Source: Anaerolineae bacterium (GTDB lineage: Bacteria > Chloroflexota > Anaerolineae > Aggregatilineales > UBA3940). Taken from it: a DNA stretch of 64,000 nucleotides. The translations under genes and the position numbers were made by a program. Below the pieces are notes generated by a model. It ran no database searches, was not told where the DNA came from, and saw only the letters and a program-made list of their open reading frames with translations. Where the stretch lies: positions 2,139 through 66,138 of the forward strand of contig JAFGOY010000013.1 of the NCBI GenBank assembly GCA_016926255.1, read 5' to 3'. Below are positions 8,562-17,138 of the stretch, in pieces; positions within the stretch are counted from its first letter, which is position 1; every line of letters begins with the position of its first letter.

Positions 8562-10820
8562 CTGTTCTTCGGCCTGCTTGCGGGTCAGCCCCATTGTCCA
8601 GACGATCCCCCACGCGTAGATTGCCGCCCCGCTGATCATCCAGCCCAGGCGGACGCTGCCCGGCTGGTATTCGAAATCGACGGTGTGCGTTCCTTCGGGA
8701 ACCTCGACGGCGCGGAAGACCCCGTTCGCCAGCTTCGTCTCGACATAGACATCATCTACATAGGCATCCCAGCCGGGATAATAGGTGTCACGCAGCAGCA
8801 GCCACCCGGCCATTGGCGTCACGACTTCGAACGACATGTGTGTTGGTTCTTCGATGTCCGGAAAAACCAGCCCGCTGGTAAGCGGCTGGCAGACGACACC
8901 GCTATCAGCCGGTGCGCAGGTTTCGAAGGTTGCACGCGGCACCGTACAGGGTGTCTGGTAGGCGTAAATATCGCCAGCCTTCGCCAGTAGATCAAGATCG
9001 TCACGTGGGTTGGGTGTCAGCAGAACACTTACATTATATTCAACCAGCCGTTCGATTTGTTTCTCCGGTGGCAGATTGTCCAGATCGTCCATTGTGTCGG
9101 CGTAATGCCCGATCAGCAGCGGATCGAAGTTGTTGATGCTGGAAACACCATCGAGCATGAACAGGTTGGGCAGCAGCGAGGCACGCAGGCTCGCCCAGTG
9201 ATCGATATCGCCGCTGTGGAAATCGTCGAAGGTGAAATACTGCTCAAACTTGACCGTATTCTCGTCGGCGGGCAGAGTGGCAATCCGCGTGCCGGACGGG
9301 ACGAGATCGGCCAGCGGCGAGCGGGTGTTGATCACACTCGCGGGCAGGGTCGGGTTCAGCCCCCAGTGGGTCGATACCAGGTCGGCGGCGAGGCAAACCA
9401 TCACCAGCAGTTCCCAGGCTGTGATGCGCTTCGCGGCGGCCATCTGGCGGTAGAGCAGGATCAGGCCGCCCAGCACCGCCAGCGAAAGCCCAAAGCGCAC
9501 GAAGGCCAGGATAAAACGGGGTTGGACGGATTCACCCACCACCGCCGACGCAGCCAGCACCGCGATCACCATTGCCAGCCCGGCAGCGATCAACCGTTTG
9601 GCCCAGCTTCGGGTGCGGACGGTCCCCCGCCATTGATCGGCCCCGATGCCGCCCAGGACGCTCAGCGCGAAAACCGCCAGCACCATCCAGCGGGTTGGCC
9701 CGTTGAACAGATCGAAGGTCGGGATATGATCAAACAGCCAGGGGAAGATCGGCGTGTTCCAGCCCAGGGCGAAGATCAGCACCGGGAGCAGGCTGTAAGC
9801 AAAGAACGGGACGACTGATAGAGAAGTCGGCGGCGGGTCTTCTTTGCGACCACGCCATAACTGAACCAGCGCGATCACACCAAAATAGAGGGTCGGCAGG
9901 CCGACAAAAACAGCATCTTCCCAGTACGCGCCATAGCCGACGTAATCGCCCGTCGCCGGGCTGCCGAACAGGTTCGGCATCAGGAAGGTCAGGAAGTGCC
10001 AGGGCCAGAACGAATAGCTAAGCGAAACATACCGGTCGACTCCGGCGGCACGCTGCGAGGTCTGCATCAATTCGAGGGTGGGGGTCAACTGGACGGCGGC
10101 CAGCCCGATCCCGAGAGTGACTGCGATCAGCGCCATCACCAGCACCCGCGCCGACTGTTTGCGGTCGCCCTTACGCTTGAAGAACACCCACAGCGCATAG
10201 CACCCGGCCATCAGCAGGCTGTAAAAACTCAGTTGGGCATGCCCGGCGAGCAGCATCAGCGCGGCGATTCCCGAAAGCTGTACAACCCCGTTGAACGCCT
10301 GCCACGATCCGGGTTCGGCATGCATCAGCGCATCGACGGAGGCGATCAGCCAGGGGAGCCAGCTTGCCACGCACAGGATCGGGAGGATGCCAAAGCGGGC
10401 GATCAGGAAGCCGCTCAACGCGTAGGCGATCATTCCGACGCCCTGCCCCAGCCGGTTGATCTCCCAGCGGCGGAGCAGCGTCCGCATCCCGAACCCGGCC
10501 CAGATCACGTGAATCAGCCCGACCAGGCCGTTGGCGTAGGCTGCCGGGATGATCAGGTAGAGCCAGTTGGGTGGGTAGAATATCCCGATCTGGTAGTTGG
10601 CTAAAAGCGGCGCACCGAACCCGGCGTACGGGTTCCATAATGGCGATTGGCCCGCCCTGATCGCGTCGAAGGCAAAGGATCGCCAGGGGATGAACTGCAA
10701 GAGCGGCGTTCCCCAGAAGATCACTTCACCCAGCAGCAGGCGATGAAACAATACAACGACCGCCGAACTCAGCACGGCGATAGGAATCCAGACTTTCCGG
10801 TTCTTTTGCACGTCAATCAC
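8508..10820 (-). CDS. YfhO-family (GT-C-like) membrane protein (770 aa)
   Basis: LLQFIPWRSF...GQSPLWNPYAGFGAPLLANYQIGIFYPPNWLYL is the YfhO N-terminal signature. A large soluble domain is followed by a final TM helix, as in YfhO proteins. Confidence 0.7.
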   Translation of the reverse strand: MIDVQKNRKVWIPIAVLSSAVVVLFHRLLLGEVIFWGTPLLQFIPWRSFAFDAIRAGQSPLWNPYAGFGAPLLANYQIGIFYPPNWLYLIIPAAYANGLVGLIHVIWAGFGMRTLLRRWEINRLGQGVGMIAYALSGFLIARFGILPILCVASWLPWLIASVDALMHAEPGSWQAFNGVVQLSGIAALMLLAGHAQLSFYSLLMAGCYALWVFFKRKGDRKQSARVLVMALIAVTLGIGLAAVQLTPTLELMQTSQRAAGVDRYVSLSYSFWPWHFLTFLMPNLFGSPATGDYVGYGAYWEDAVFVGLPTLYFGVIALVQLWRGRKEDPPPTSLSVVPFFAYSLLPVLIFALGWNTPIFPWLFDHIPTFDLFNGPTRWMVLAVFALSVLGGIGADQWRGTVRTRSWAKRLIAAGLAMVIAVLAASAVVGESVQPRFILAFVRFGLSLAVLGGLILLYRQMAAAKRITAWELLVMVCLAADLVSTHWGLNPTLPASVINTRSPLADLVPSGTRIATLPADENTVKFEQYFTFDDFHSGDIDHWASLRASLLPNLFMLDGVSSINNFDPLLIGHYADTMDDLDNLPPEKQIERLVEYNVSVLLTPNPRDDLDLLAKAGDIYAYQTPCTVPRATFETCAPADSGVVCQPLTSGLVFPDIEEPTHMSFEVVTPMAGWLLLRDTYYPGWDAYVDDVYVETKLANGVFRAVEVPEGTHTVDFEYQPGSVRLGWMISGAAIYAWGIVWTMGLTRKQAEEQSGGDEESQSAEPDEAEA

Positions 10821-12486
10821 CTACCCGATAAATTGTATAATCGCCCTTAGTATAGACGGCCTCCAGATCGAGGGCGGCGGGATCGAAACAATTGGACACA
10901 CAATTTACAGCCTGTTCGAGCGGCCCGATCAAAATATAGTCGACGCCGATCTCGTCGAGAAATTCCCGGCGCTCGTCGTCCGCCATCCCGCCGAAGAGAA
11001 ATGCCTTTGCGATCTCGTTCTTTCGATGATCGTCGTTCGTCTCCGGCCCCTGCCCGATATACGTCCGCACCCCGGCGTAGGCCGGGATGACGTTGCTCTG
11101 CTGCTGGGAAGCCAGCACGATACTCCCCTGCGGCACCTCGTCACGCAGCCAGTTCATCGCCTCGATCTCCTCAACCGAATGAAATACCGGTCTTTCCAGG
11201 CGGGTGGCGGTCAGCGCCCCACCGCCGACGACCAGCAGCGTCGAAGGCAGGATCAGCATGATTACGGTGCCCATCGCAATCTGGCGCAGCCGCCAGCCGA
11301 GTTTCGGATCGTCATCACCGGGCTTCTCGCCGACCAGCCGGAACACGCCGACCGTCGCCAGGATCGAGAGCGGCACGATCACGCCTTCGAGCAGGCGCCG
11401 CTGAACGTTCAGCGGCATATAGACCAGCATCGCCGCCGCGATGATCCAGACGATCAGCAGCCGGTATTTGTCGTCCAGCCGATCCTTACGCAGGTCGAAC
11501 AGGCCGATCACGCTCAGGATCAGCAGCAGGCCGTAGGCCAGCAGGTAATCGATCAGCGGTGGCGACGGCAGATCGTTCTGCGCCGCCCAGCCCGCGAAAA
11601 CCGGGTTGGTGCTGAACAACCAGGCATTGTAGATCAGCAGGCCAACCGGGATTGCCGCCGCCAGCGCACAGCTTTTGAATTCGTCCCAGGGGATTTCCCG
11701 CCGGGTGATCCACAACATAATCAGCCACGCGGCGATCAGCACGCCCAGCAGCCCAATATAGAAGGGGACGATCACGCCCATCACGCCCCAGGCAAGCCCG
11801 ACGGCAATGATCCAGCGCCGGTCTTTCCGTTCCAGCGCAAAGAACACCCCCATCCAGCCAACGAGCATCATCGCACGGGCCAGTGACAGATGCGGCAGGC
11901 TGTACAGCAGCAGAATCGTGAAGGCTTCCGGCACATAAGTCTCGACCGGCAGCGACTCCCAGCCGGGGAGCAGGTTCAGCGTCGAGAGCACCGTCGGCAG
12001 CCAGCCGACTCCCCCGGCAGCCGAGGCGAGGATCCAGGCCAACCGGCGTTTGGGCGGCACGTCAAGAAACAGGGCTATGAATCGATACATCACCGCAAGC
12101 AGCAGCAGTCCGCACAACACCCGCGCGACATGAAAGGTAACGATCAACGTCCCGGCGGAGACCTTCGCCCCCTCCCCGCTGATCCAGGCAGCGAGCTTCC
12201 CCAGCGCGATATAGTGCAAATAAGCGAAGCCGCTCGCGTGCGGCTCATGCGTGTAGACGATCTGGAGCAGCCAACCGTTGTAGGCTCCATAGCGCATCTT
12301 GGCGATGTAGGAATTCATATCGGGGACGCCCAGCAGGAACCCGCCGAAGCGCATCTCCGGCGTCGAGTGATTCAGCCCGACGACATAGGGCATGCTGACA
12401 AAAGCCATCAGCAGCAGGCTGACGATGATCACCCAGCCCCATTCTTTGATCGTAACCGCAGGAGCAGATTTACTCTCGTTCGCCAT
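10813..12486 (-). CDS. Polytopic membrane protein, unnamed family, paralog of 14610..16208 (557 aa)
   Basis: Shares GVPDMNSYIAKMRYGAYNGWLLQIVYTHEPH with VNPIDGASYQAKMYQGYTGNWLFHLPYTPESH in the paralog. The C-terminal soluble domains also match (AMNWLRDEV..SIVLAS versus AMKWLESTA..SLVLAS). 8-nt overlap with the downstream gene. Confidence 0.5.
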   Translation of the reverse strand: MANESKSAPAVTIKEWGWVIIVSLLLMAFVSMPYVVGLNHSTPEMRFGGFLLGVPDMNSYIAKMRYGAYNGWLLQIVYTHEPHASGFAYLHYIALGKLAAWISGEGAKVSAGTLIVTFHVARVLCGLLLLAVMYRFIALFLDVPPKRRLAWILASAAGGVGWLPTVLSTLNLLPGWESLPVETYVPEAFTILLLYSLPHLSLARAMMLVGWMGVFFALERKDRRWIIAVGLAWGVMGVIVPFYIGLLGVLIAAWLIMLWITRREIPWDEFKSCALAAAIPVGLLIYNAWLFSTNPVFAGWAAQNDLPSPPLIDYLLAYGLLLILSVIGLFDLRKDRLDDKYRLLIVWIIAAAMLVYMPLNVQRRLLEGVIVPLSILATVGVFRLVGEKPGDDDPKLGWRLRQIAMGTVIMLILPSTLLVVGGGALTATRLERPVFHSVEEIEAMNWLRDEVPQGSIVLASQQQSNVIPAYAGVRTYIGQGPETNDDHRKNEIAKAFLFGGMADDERREFLDEIGVDYILIGPLEQAVNCVSNCFDPAALDLEAVYTKGDYTIYRVGD

Positions 12487-14629
12487 GATTGGCCTTCCCT
12501 ACCGTTCGCACTATCCAGATGATCAGCAGCGCCAGCGCCGTGATCCCGCTGATCGCCGCACCGAGCAGGTCGGCGGTTGGGCGGTAGACCAGCTCGATAT
12601 CCGATTCACCCGCCGGGAGGCACAGCCCGATCAGCGCGCCGGAGACGCGGCGCACCGGCACCGCCCCGCCGTTGATCGCCGCCCGCCAGCCGGGTGCCCA
12701 GGCCACCGGCACGATCAGTGTTGTGGGTTGATCGGCGCTGACCGTCGTCGACAGACGGTTGGGCGTCTCGATCCATTCCGCGTCATAGAAGGGTGGCAGA
12801 TCGAAGGCCGCCAAGTCGACCGAATAATAGTATTCGCCGCCGGAATGGGCGATCAGCGCCAGCCCATCGGCCTCGATGGGGAAGCGGGCGACGACATCGC
12901 TCACGCCCAGCACGGCCAGCCGCCCGACATCGGGGACGGCATCGGCCAGCGCCAGCGCCGGGTCGACCTCCCCGCCGGAAGCGACCGGCGGTGCGACCAC
13001 GCTGTAGCCCGCCATTTCGACCCCGGCAGCCTCGGCGATGGCTTCGGCGCTCCACTGGAACTGAAAAGGGTCGACCCCGTGCAGCGTCTCGATCCCGGCC
13101 TGCGCCGCCGACGCGCCGACCAGATCAAACGATGGAGAGTAAACCCGCCCGTCGACATCGCCCAGCCGGGCGATAATCGCTCGGTCGACCGCTTCCGCCT
13201 GCTCCACTGTGCGCCCATCGACAAGTGACTCGCCGATCAGCCAGCCCACCACCACGACAGCGCCCACCAGCAGCACTGATCCGGCGGCACGGGGCGTTAG
13301 CCAGTCGACGCCTTCTGCGATTTTCAACTGCTGCGATCCAATCAGCAGCAGGGCCAGCGCGCTGACGCCTACCGAAGCCCCGGCGATGCTCGCAGCGGGC
13401 ACATCCGGGAGGAGGATCAGCGCCGCCGCAAACCAGGTCAGCCCGGTGGCGGTGATGGCAAAGAACGCCATTCGCCACGCTTTGTTGATCCCGCTCCTGA
13501 GCAGATCGTCGAAGCCGTACGCAGAGATAACAGTCAGGGCAAGGATCACGACGAACCACGCGCGCGACGGCACGCGGAACCAACCGACCAGCGGCAGCAT
13601 GTTTGCCACCGGCATGAACAGCGGCCCATTCGATCCCAGCGACCAGACGGCAGCGACAATCGCCACGCCCCACCAGACCATCGATTCGACCCAGCGCGGT
13701 GACCGGCGCAGCGACAGGATCGCCAGCAGGACGACCGGCGCGGCGAGGTAGGTCATCCACTCGTGGAAGCCGCCCAGGTCGGAGATCAACATGCCGATCA
13801 GGTAGGAAGGGGGCAGCGAATAGACGGCGGCATCCTGCGCGGTGATCCAGTCCCGCGTGAGCGACGATCCCAGCCCAATCACCGGCACCACTTCGACGGC
13901 GATAAGCAGCGCAAACAATCCCGCCGCAAGTGCCACCGGCCCGGCGATCCGCCCGATCTTCACGCCGGATCGAATCAGGAGCAGCAGGCCGTAGACCGAT
14001 GCCATTGGCAGCATATAGAACGCGATCCGCAGATCAGCAAGCGCCAGCATCGCGGTGATGGCAGCCAATCGCACCGCCGACCAACCGCGCCTCTCATCGA
14101 CTAGTCGGTTGACGCCCGCCATCAGCCAGGGTGTCCATGCCAGCGCATAGACAATATCGAGGTGACCGGCCCCCAGGTGGGAGAGCAGTTTGGCGTTCAG
14201 TCCCCAGGCCAGCGCAGCAAAGAGGGCAGCGACCGGGCGCAGCTTTTCCGCCCTGCCCCAGGCGATTATCCCCAGGGCAAGCCAGACCATATGCAGATAG
14301 ATCATCAGGTCGAGGTGAAGCGTCACCGGGAGGATCAGCGCCAGCCATTGGGGAGGATACCAGACCTTAGAGAGCGGATTCGCGGCGAATGACTGCCCAA
14401 GCATCCGGGCACTGTTCCACAGGGGCCACTCGCCGAACTGCCTGACCGACTGCTGAAGGCGGTAGGCATTCGGCCAGTGAGCGAGGGCCGCGTCGGAGAC
14501 ATCGCTGCCGGGCGGATAAGGTAGCCGCCCCGGTGGGATCAAAATGGCAGCCGTCGCCACCAGGATAAAAACGCTAACCCAGCGGGCTATCTGCCAGGAA
14601 CGAGAGGGATCACTCCGCTCCGGCAGCAT
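12470..14629 (-). CDS. YfhO-like (GT-C-like) membrane protein, paralog of 8508..10820 (719 aa)
   Basis: GEWPLWNSARMLGQSFAANPLSKVWYPPQWLALILP aligns with the YfhO motif of the 770-aa protein. It has the same architecture: TM bundle, soluble domain, terminal TM. Confidence 0.6.
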   Translation of the reverse strand: MLPERSDPSRSWQIARWVSVFILVATAAILIPPGRLPYPPGSDVSDAALAHWPNAYRLQQSVRQFGEWPLWNSARMLGQSFAANPLSKVWYPPQWLALILPVTLHLDLMIYLHMVWLALGIIAWGRAEKLRPVAALFAALAWGLNAKLLSHLGAGHLDIVYALAWTPWLMAGVNRLVDERRGWSAVRLAAITAMLALADLRIAFYMLPMASVYGLLLLIRSGVKIGRIAGPVALAAGLFALLIAVEVVPVIGLGSSLTRDWITAQDAAVYSLPPSYLIGMLISDLGGFHEWMTYLAAPVVLLAILSLRRSPRWVESMVWWGVAIVAAVWSLGSNGPLFMPVANMLPLVGWFRVPSRAWFVVILALTVISAYGFDDLLRSGINKAWRMAFFAITATGLTWFAAALILLPDVPAASIAGASVGVSALALLLIGSQQLKIAEGVDWLTPRAAGSVLLVGAVVVVGWLIGESLVDGRTVEQAEAVDRAIIARLGDVDGRVYSPSFDLVGASAAQAGIETLHGVDPFQFQWSAEAIAEAAGVEMAGYSVVAPPVASGGEVDPALALADAVPDVGRLAVLGVSDVVARFPIEADGLALIAHSGGEYYYSVDLAAFDLPPFYDAEWIETPNRLSTTVSADQPTTLIVPVAWAPGWRAAINGGAVPVRRVSGALIGLCLPAGESDIELVYRPTADLLGAAISGITALALLIIWIVRTVGKANHGERE

Positions 14630-16208
14630 AAATCTCCACCTCGCCGTCCGCCGACCGGAAAAGCGGATCGCCCTGAACCGGGCACATCTCGCCGTCGCTT
14701 AACGCCCGTTCACGCGGCCCGACGAATATGTGCTCGACGCCCTCGTCTTCGACGACCGAGCAGTCAGCGCCGCTGTAAAAATCGATCACCGCCTGCTCAC
14801 GCTGCCCGGCGTTGAGCGTCTCGTATTGATGCCCATAGACTACTCTCAAGCCGCGCGTTGGGAGAATCAGCCCGATTTCCGGGGAGGCCAGCACCAGCGA
14901 ATGCGGCGCAGTTGACTCCAGCCATTTCATCGCGCCATCCTCTTCCCGGCTGATGAAATACGACTGGCCGCTTTCCTCGATTAGCTGGCGGCTGCCCAGC
15001 ATCGGGGCAATTAACGCCGTCAGCGTCGTCGGAAGGAATACCAGGATACCCAGCACCACGCCAAGAAACTGCCTGCGATTGAACAGGTTGGGAACGACTA
15101 CCCGCCACAGGCCGCATCCGGCATAGACCACCATCGGCATGATCAGCGCCATCGAAAAGCGGCGCTGTAAACCCAGCGGGGCATAGAGAGTCAGCAGCCC
15201 ACTGACCAGCCACGCGATCAGAAACAGATCGGGAAGATCGAACTTTTTAAGCAGGCTGCTCATCCCGACCAGGGCAAAGAGCAGGATCGGGCCAAAGGCA
15301 ATCAGGTAGTCCCAGACTGGCGGAGATGGCGTGATATTCTGGCTCATCCAGGCGTGAAACACCGGGTTCAGCGAAGATATCGCCCAGATGTTATAGGCGA
15401 TGAACGGCAGACCAAAGATAATAACTACAAATCCCCAGTTTAGCTCTCGACGCGGGAGGCGCTTTTCTTTCCACCAGATACCGGCGAGCAGCGCGCCATA
15501 GGCGATCCCGACCGGCAGCAGGACAAACGGGGCAGTGTTGACCAGGAAAACGGTGGTCAGGGCCAGCGCAATCGAGTCGACATTCAGTTCCGGCCAGTAT
15601 TCTTCCTCGCCAAGCGCGTGCTTGGTCAGGATGTGGACGACAACCAGGATACTGGCTATCGCCAGAGGAAAATGGGCGTTGGCATAGGCCGCCTGGAGCG
15701 GGAAAGCCTCTGGAAGGACCAGCATGTCGGGGGACAGATGACCAAACATCAACGCAATCCATCCAAACCCGGAACCGAGAACGGCCAGAGCCCAGGTGAT
15801 CCGCCGCTGGGTGACGTTATCCGTCCAATCGGAGACGAACCGGTAGATGGCAAGGAACATCACCATCCCGCCGATCATCCGCATGGCATGGAAGACCAGA
15901 ATGGTCGACGTGCCAAGTATGCGGGCCAGGTGGCCCAACCCGAGATAATAGGTGAAGAGCAGCACCGGCTGGTGAGATTCGGGTGTATAGGGCAGATGGA
16001 AAAGCCAGTTCCCGGTATATCCCTGGTACATCTTGGCCTGGTACGATGCGCCGTCAATCGGGTTGACCAGCGCCCCCATGAAAACAGAACCGGGGGTGGC
16101 AACACCATATGCCCAGACAAAGGGGATCAGCAGCAAGATCAACAGGATCGTGCTGAAGGTGAACACCCATCGCCATTCCGCATTTTCAATTAATCCTATA
16201 CTAATCAT
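14610..16208 (-). CDS. Polytopic membrane protein, unnamed family, paralog of 10813..12486 (532 aa)
   Basis: See the paralog entry. It is the first gene of a four-gene overlapping operon (overlaps of 20, 17 and 8 nt). Confidence 0.5.
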   Translation of the reverse strand: MISIGLIENAEWRWVFTFSTILLILLLIPFVWAYGVATPGSVFMGALVNPIDGASYQAKMYQGYTGNWLFHLPYTPESHQPVLLFTYYLGLGHLARILGTSTILVFHAMRMIGGMVMFLAIYRFVSDWTDNVTQRRITWALAVLGSGFGWIALMFGHLSPDMLVLPEAFPLQAAYANAHFPLAIASILVVVHILTKHALGEEEYWPELNVDSIALALTTVFLVNTAPFVLLPVGIAYGALLAGIWWKEKRLPRRELNWGFVVIIFGLPFIAYNIWAISSLNPVFHAWMSQNITPSPPVWDYLIAFGPILLFALVGMSSLLKKFDLPDLFLIAWLVSGLLTLYAPLGLQRRFSMALIMPMVVYAGCGLWRVVVPNLFNRRQFLGVVLGILVFLPTTLTALIAPMLGSRQLIEESGQSYFISREEDGAMKWLESTAPHSLVLASPEIGLILPTRGLRVVYGHQYETLNAGQREQAVIDFYSGADCSVVEDEGVEHIFVGPRERALSDGEMCPVQGDPLFRSADGEVEIYAAGAE

Positions 16209-16318
16209 GGTGAATGTCCTTGTCCAGAAGACCTTCCCAGGCGAGATTTCGAATCAGGGGCAGCGTCTGTTCAAACCGTATTGTGACCCTTCACCCGGTT
16301 TATCGCAATTCAATCTGG

Positions 16319-16348
16319 TTGCTACGATTTTTCTGCCAGTAGTATAAT
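16319..16348 (+). promoter_or_regulatory. Sigma70-type promoter for the zinc-ribbon/NACHT gene pair
   Basis: TTGCTA (16319..16324), an 18-nt spacer, then a perfect TATAAT (16343..16348), about 80 nt upstream of the GTG start at 16430. Confidence 0.45.
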
Positions 16349-16429
16349 GTGCCTTGCACCGTTAGAAAAAGAGGCAGTTATCCAGCCGCCTTCATTGTTA
16401 CGCAGTTCTAATCTAAAGAAGGGCCGCCC

Positions 16430-17131
16430 GTGTACCAGACAACTGCGTTGTACCAACTACAAACCACCGACAGCAAACTCGATTCCATTCGCAAACGGCT
16501 GAAAGAGATCGACGGGCTGCTCAGTGAAAACGAAGTGCTTCAGGCGGCTGTTCAGGCCAGAGATAATGCCGAAGAAACGCTCCGGAACTGGAAAACCCGC
16601 CAGAAAGACCTGGACTTCGAACGCCAGCAGCTAAAAGAAGAAGCAAAAACATCCGAAGAGCGCCTCTACTCCGGGCGGATTCACAACCCGCGAGAACTGG
16701 GCGATCTGCAAAACAAGCTGGCCGAGTTGAACCGCCGCATCGAAGACCTGGAAGACCCGGTCATCGAAGCGATGCTCGAAATCGAGGAAGCGACCGAGTC
16801 GGTCAGCACAACGCAGGCCGACCTCGACCGGATCACCGAAGAATTCGCCGACCAGTTCGCCGAACTGACGACTGAACGAGAGCAGCTTCTAAGCCAGCAT
16901 GACAAAAAGATGAGCGAAGCCGAACAGCAGCGGGTGCTAATCGAGGCCCCGAATCTTCGCCTGTACGACAGTTTGCGGAAACGCCCCGGAGGGATTGCCG
17001 TCGCGACGCTGAATGCCAATGCCGAATGCAGCGTATGCGGGGTTCAGGTCACGTCGAGTCTGAACCAGCAGGTACGGCGAGGAGAGGTCACGCCCTGCCC
17101 CACCTGCGGGCGCATTCTATACCGCGCATAA
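16430..17131 (+). CDS. Coiled-coil protein with C-terminal C4 zinc ribbon (COG1579 / HP0958-like)
   Basis: A long heptad-rich helical region is followed by ECSVCGVQV...TPCPTCGRILY (CxxC...CxxC). This matches the DUF164/zf-RING_7 architecture. Confidence 0.7.
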   Translation: MYQTTALYQLQTTDSKLDSIRKRLKEIDGLLSENEVLQAAVQARDNAEETLRNWKTRQKDLDFERQQLKEEAKTSEERLYSGRIHNPRELGDLQNKLAELNRRIEDLEDPVIEAMLEIEEATESVSTTQADLDRITEEFADQFAELTTEREQLLSQHDKKMSEAEQQRVLIEAPNLRLYDSLRKRPGGIAVATLNANAECSVCGVQVTSSLNQQVRRGEVTPCPTCGRILYRA

Positions 17132-17138
17132 GTCGAGG

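Noticed and set aside
12392-13228. Long plus-strand ORFs (also 12793..13176, 13209..13751, 9057..9818, 11026..11886) antisense to the large membrane-protein genes.
   Set aside because: Their compositions are dominated by Arg/Pro/Gly/Asp. They have no motifs and no SD, and each is fully nested antisense to a well-supported gene. This is the expected artefact of high GC.
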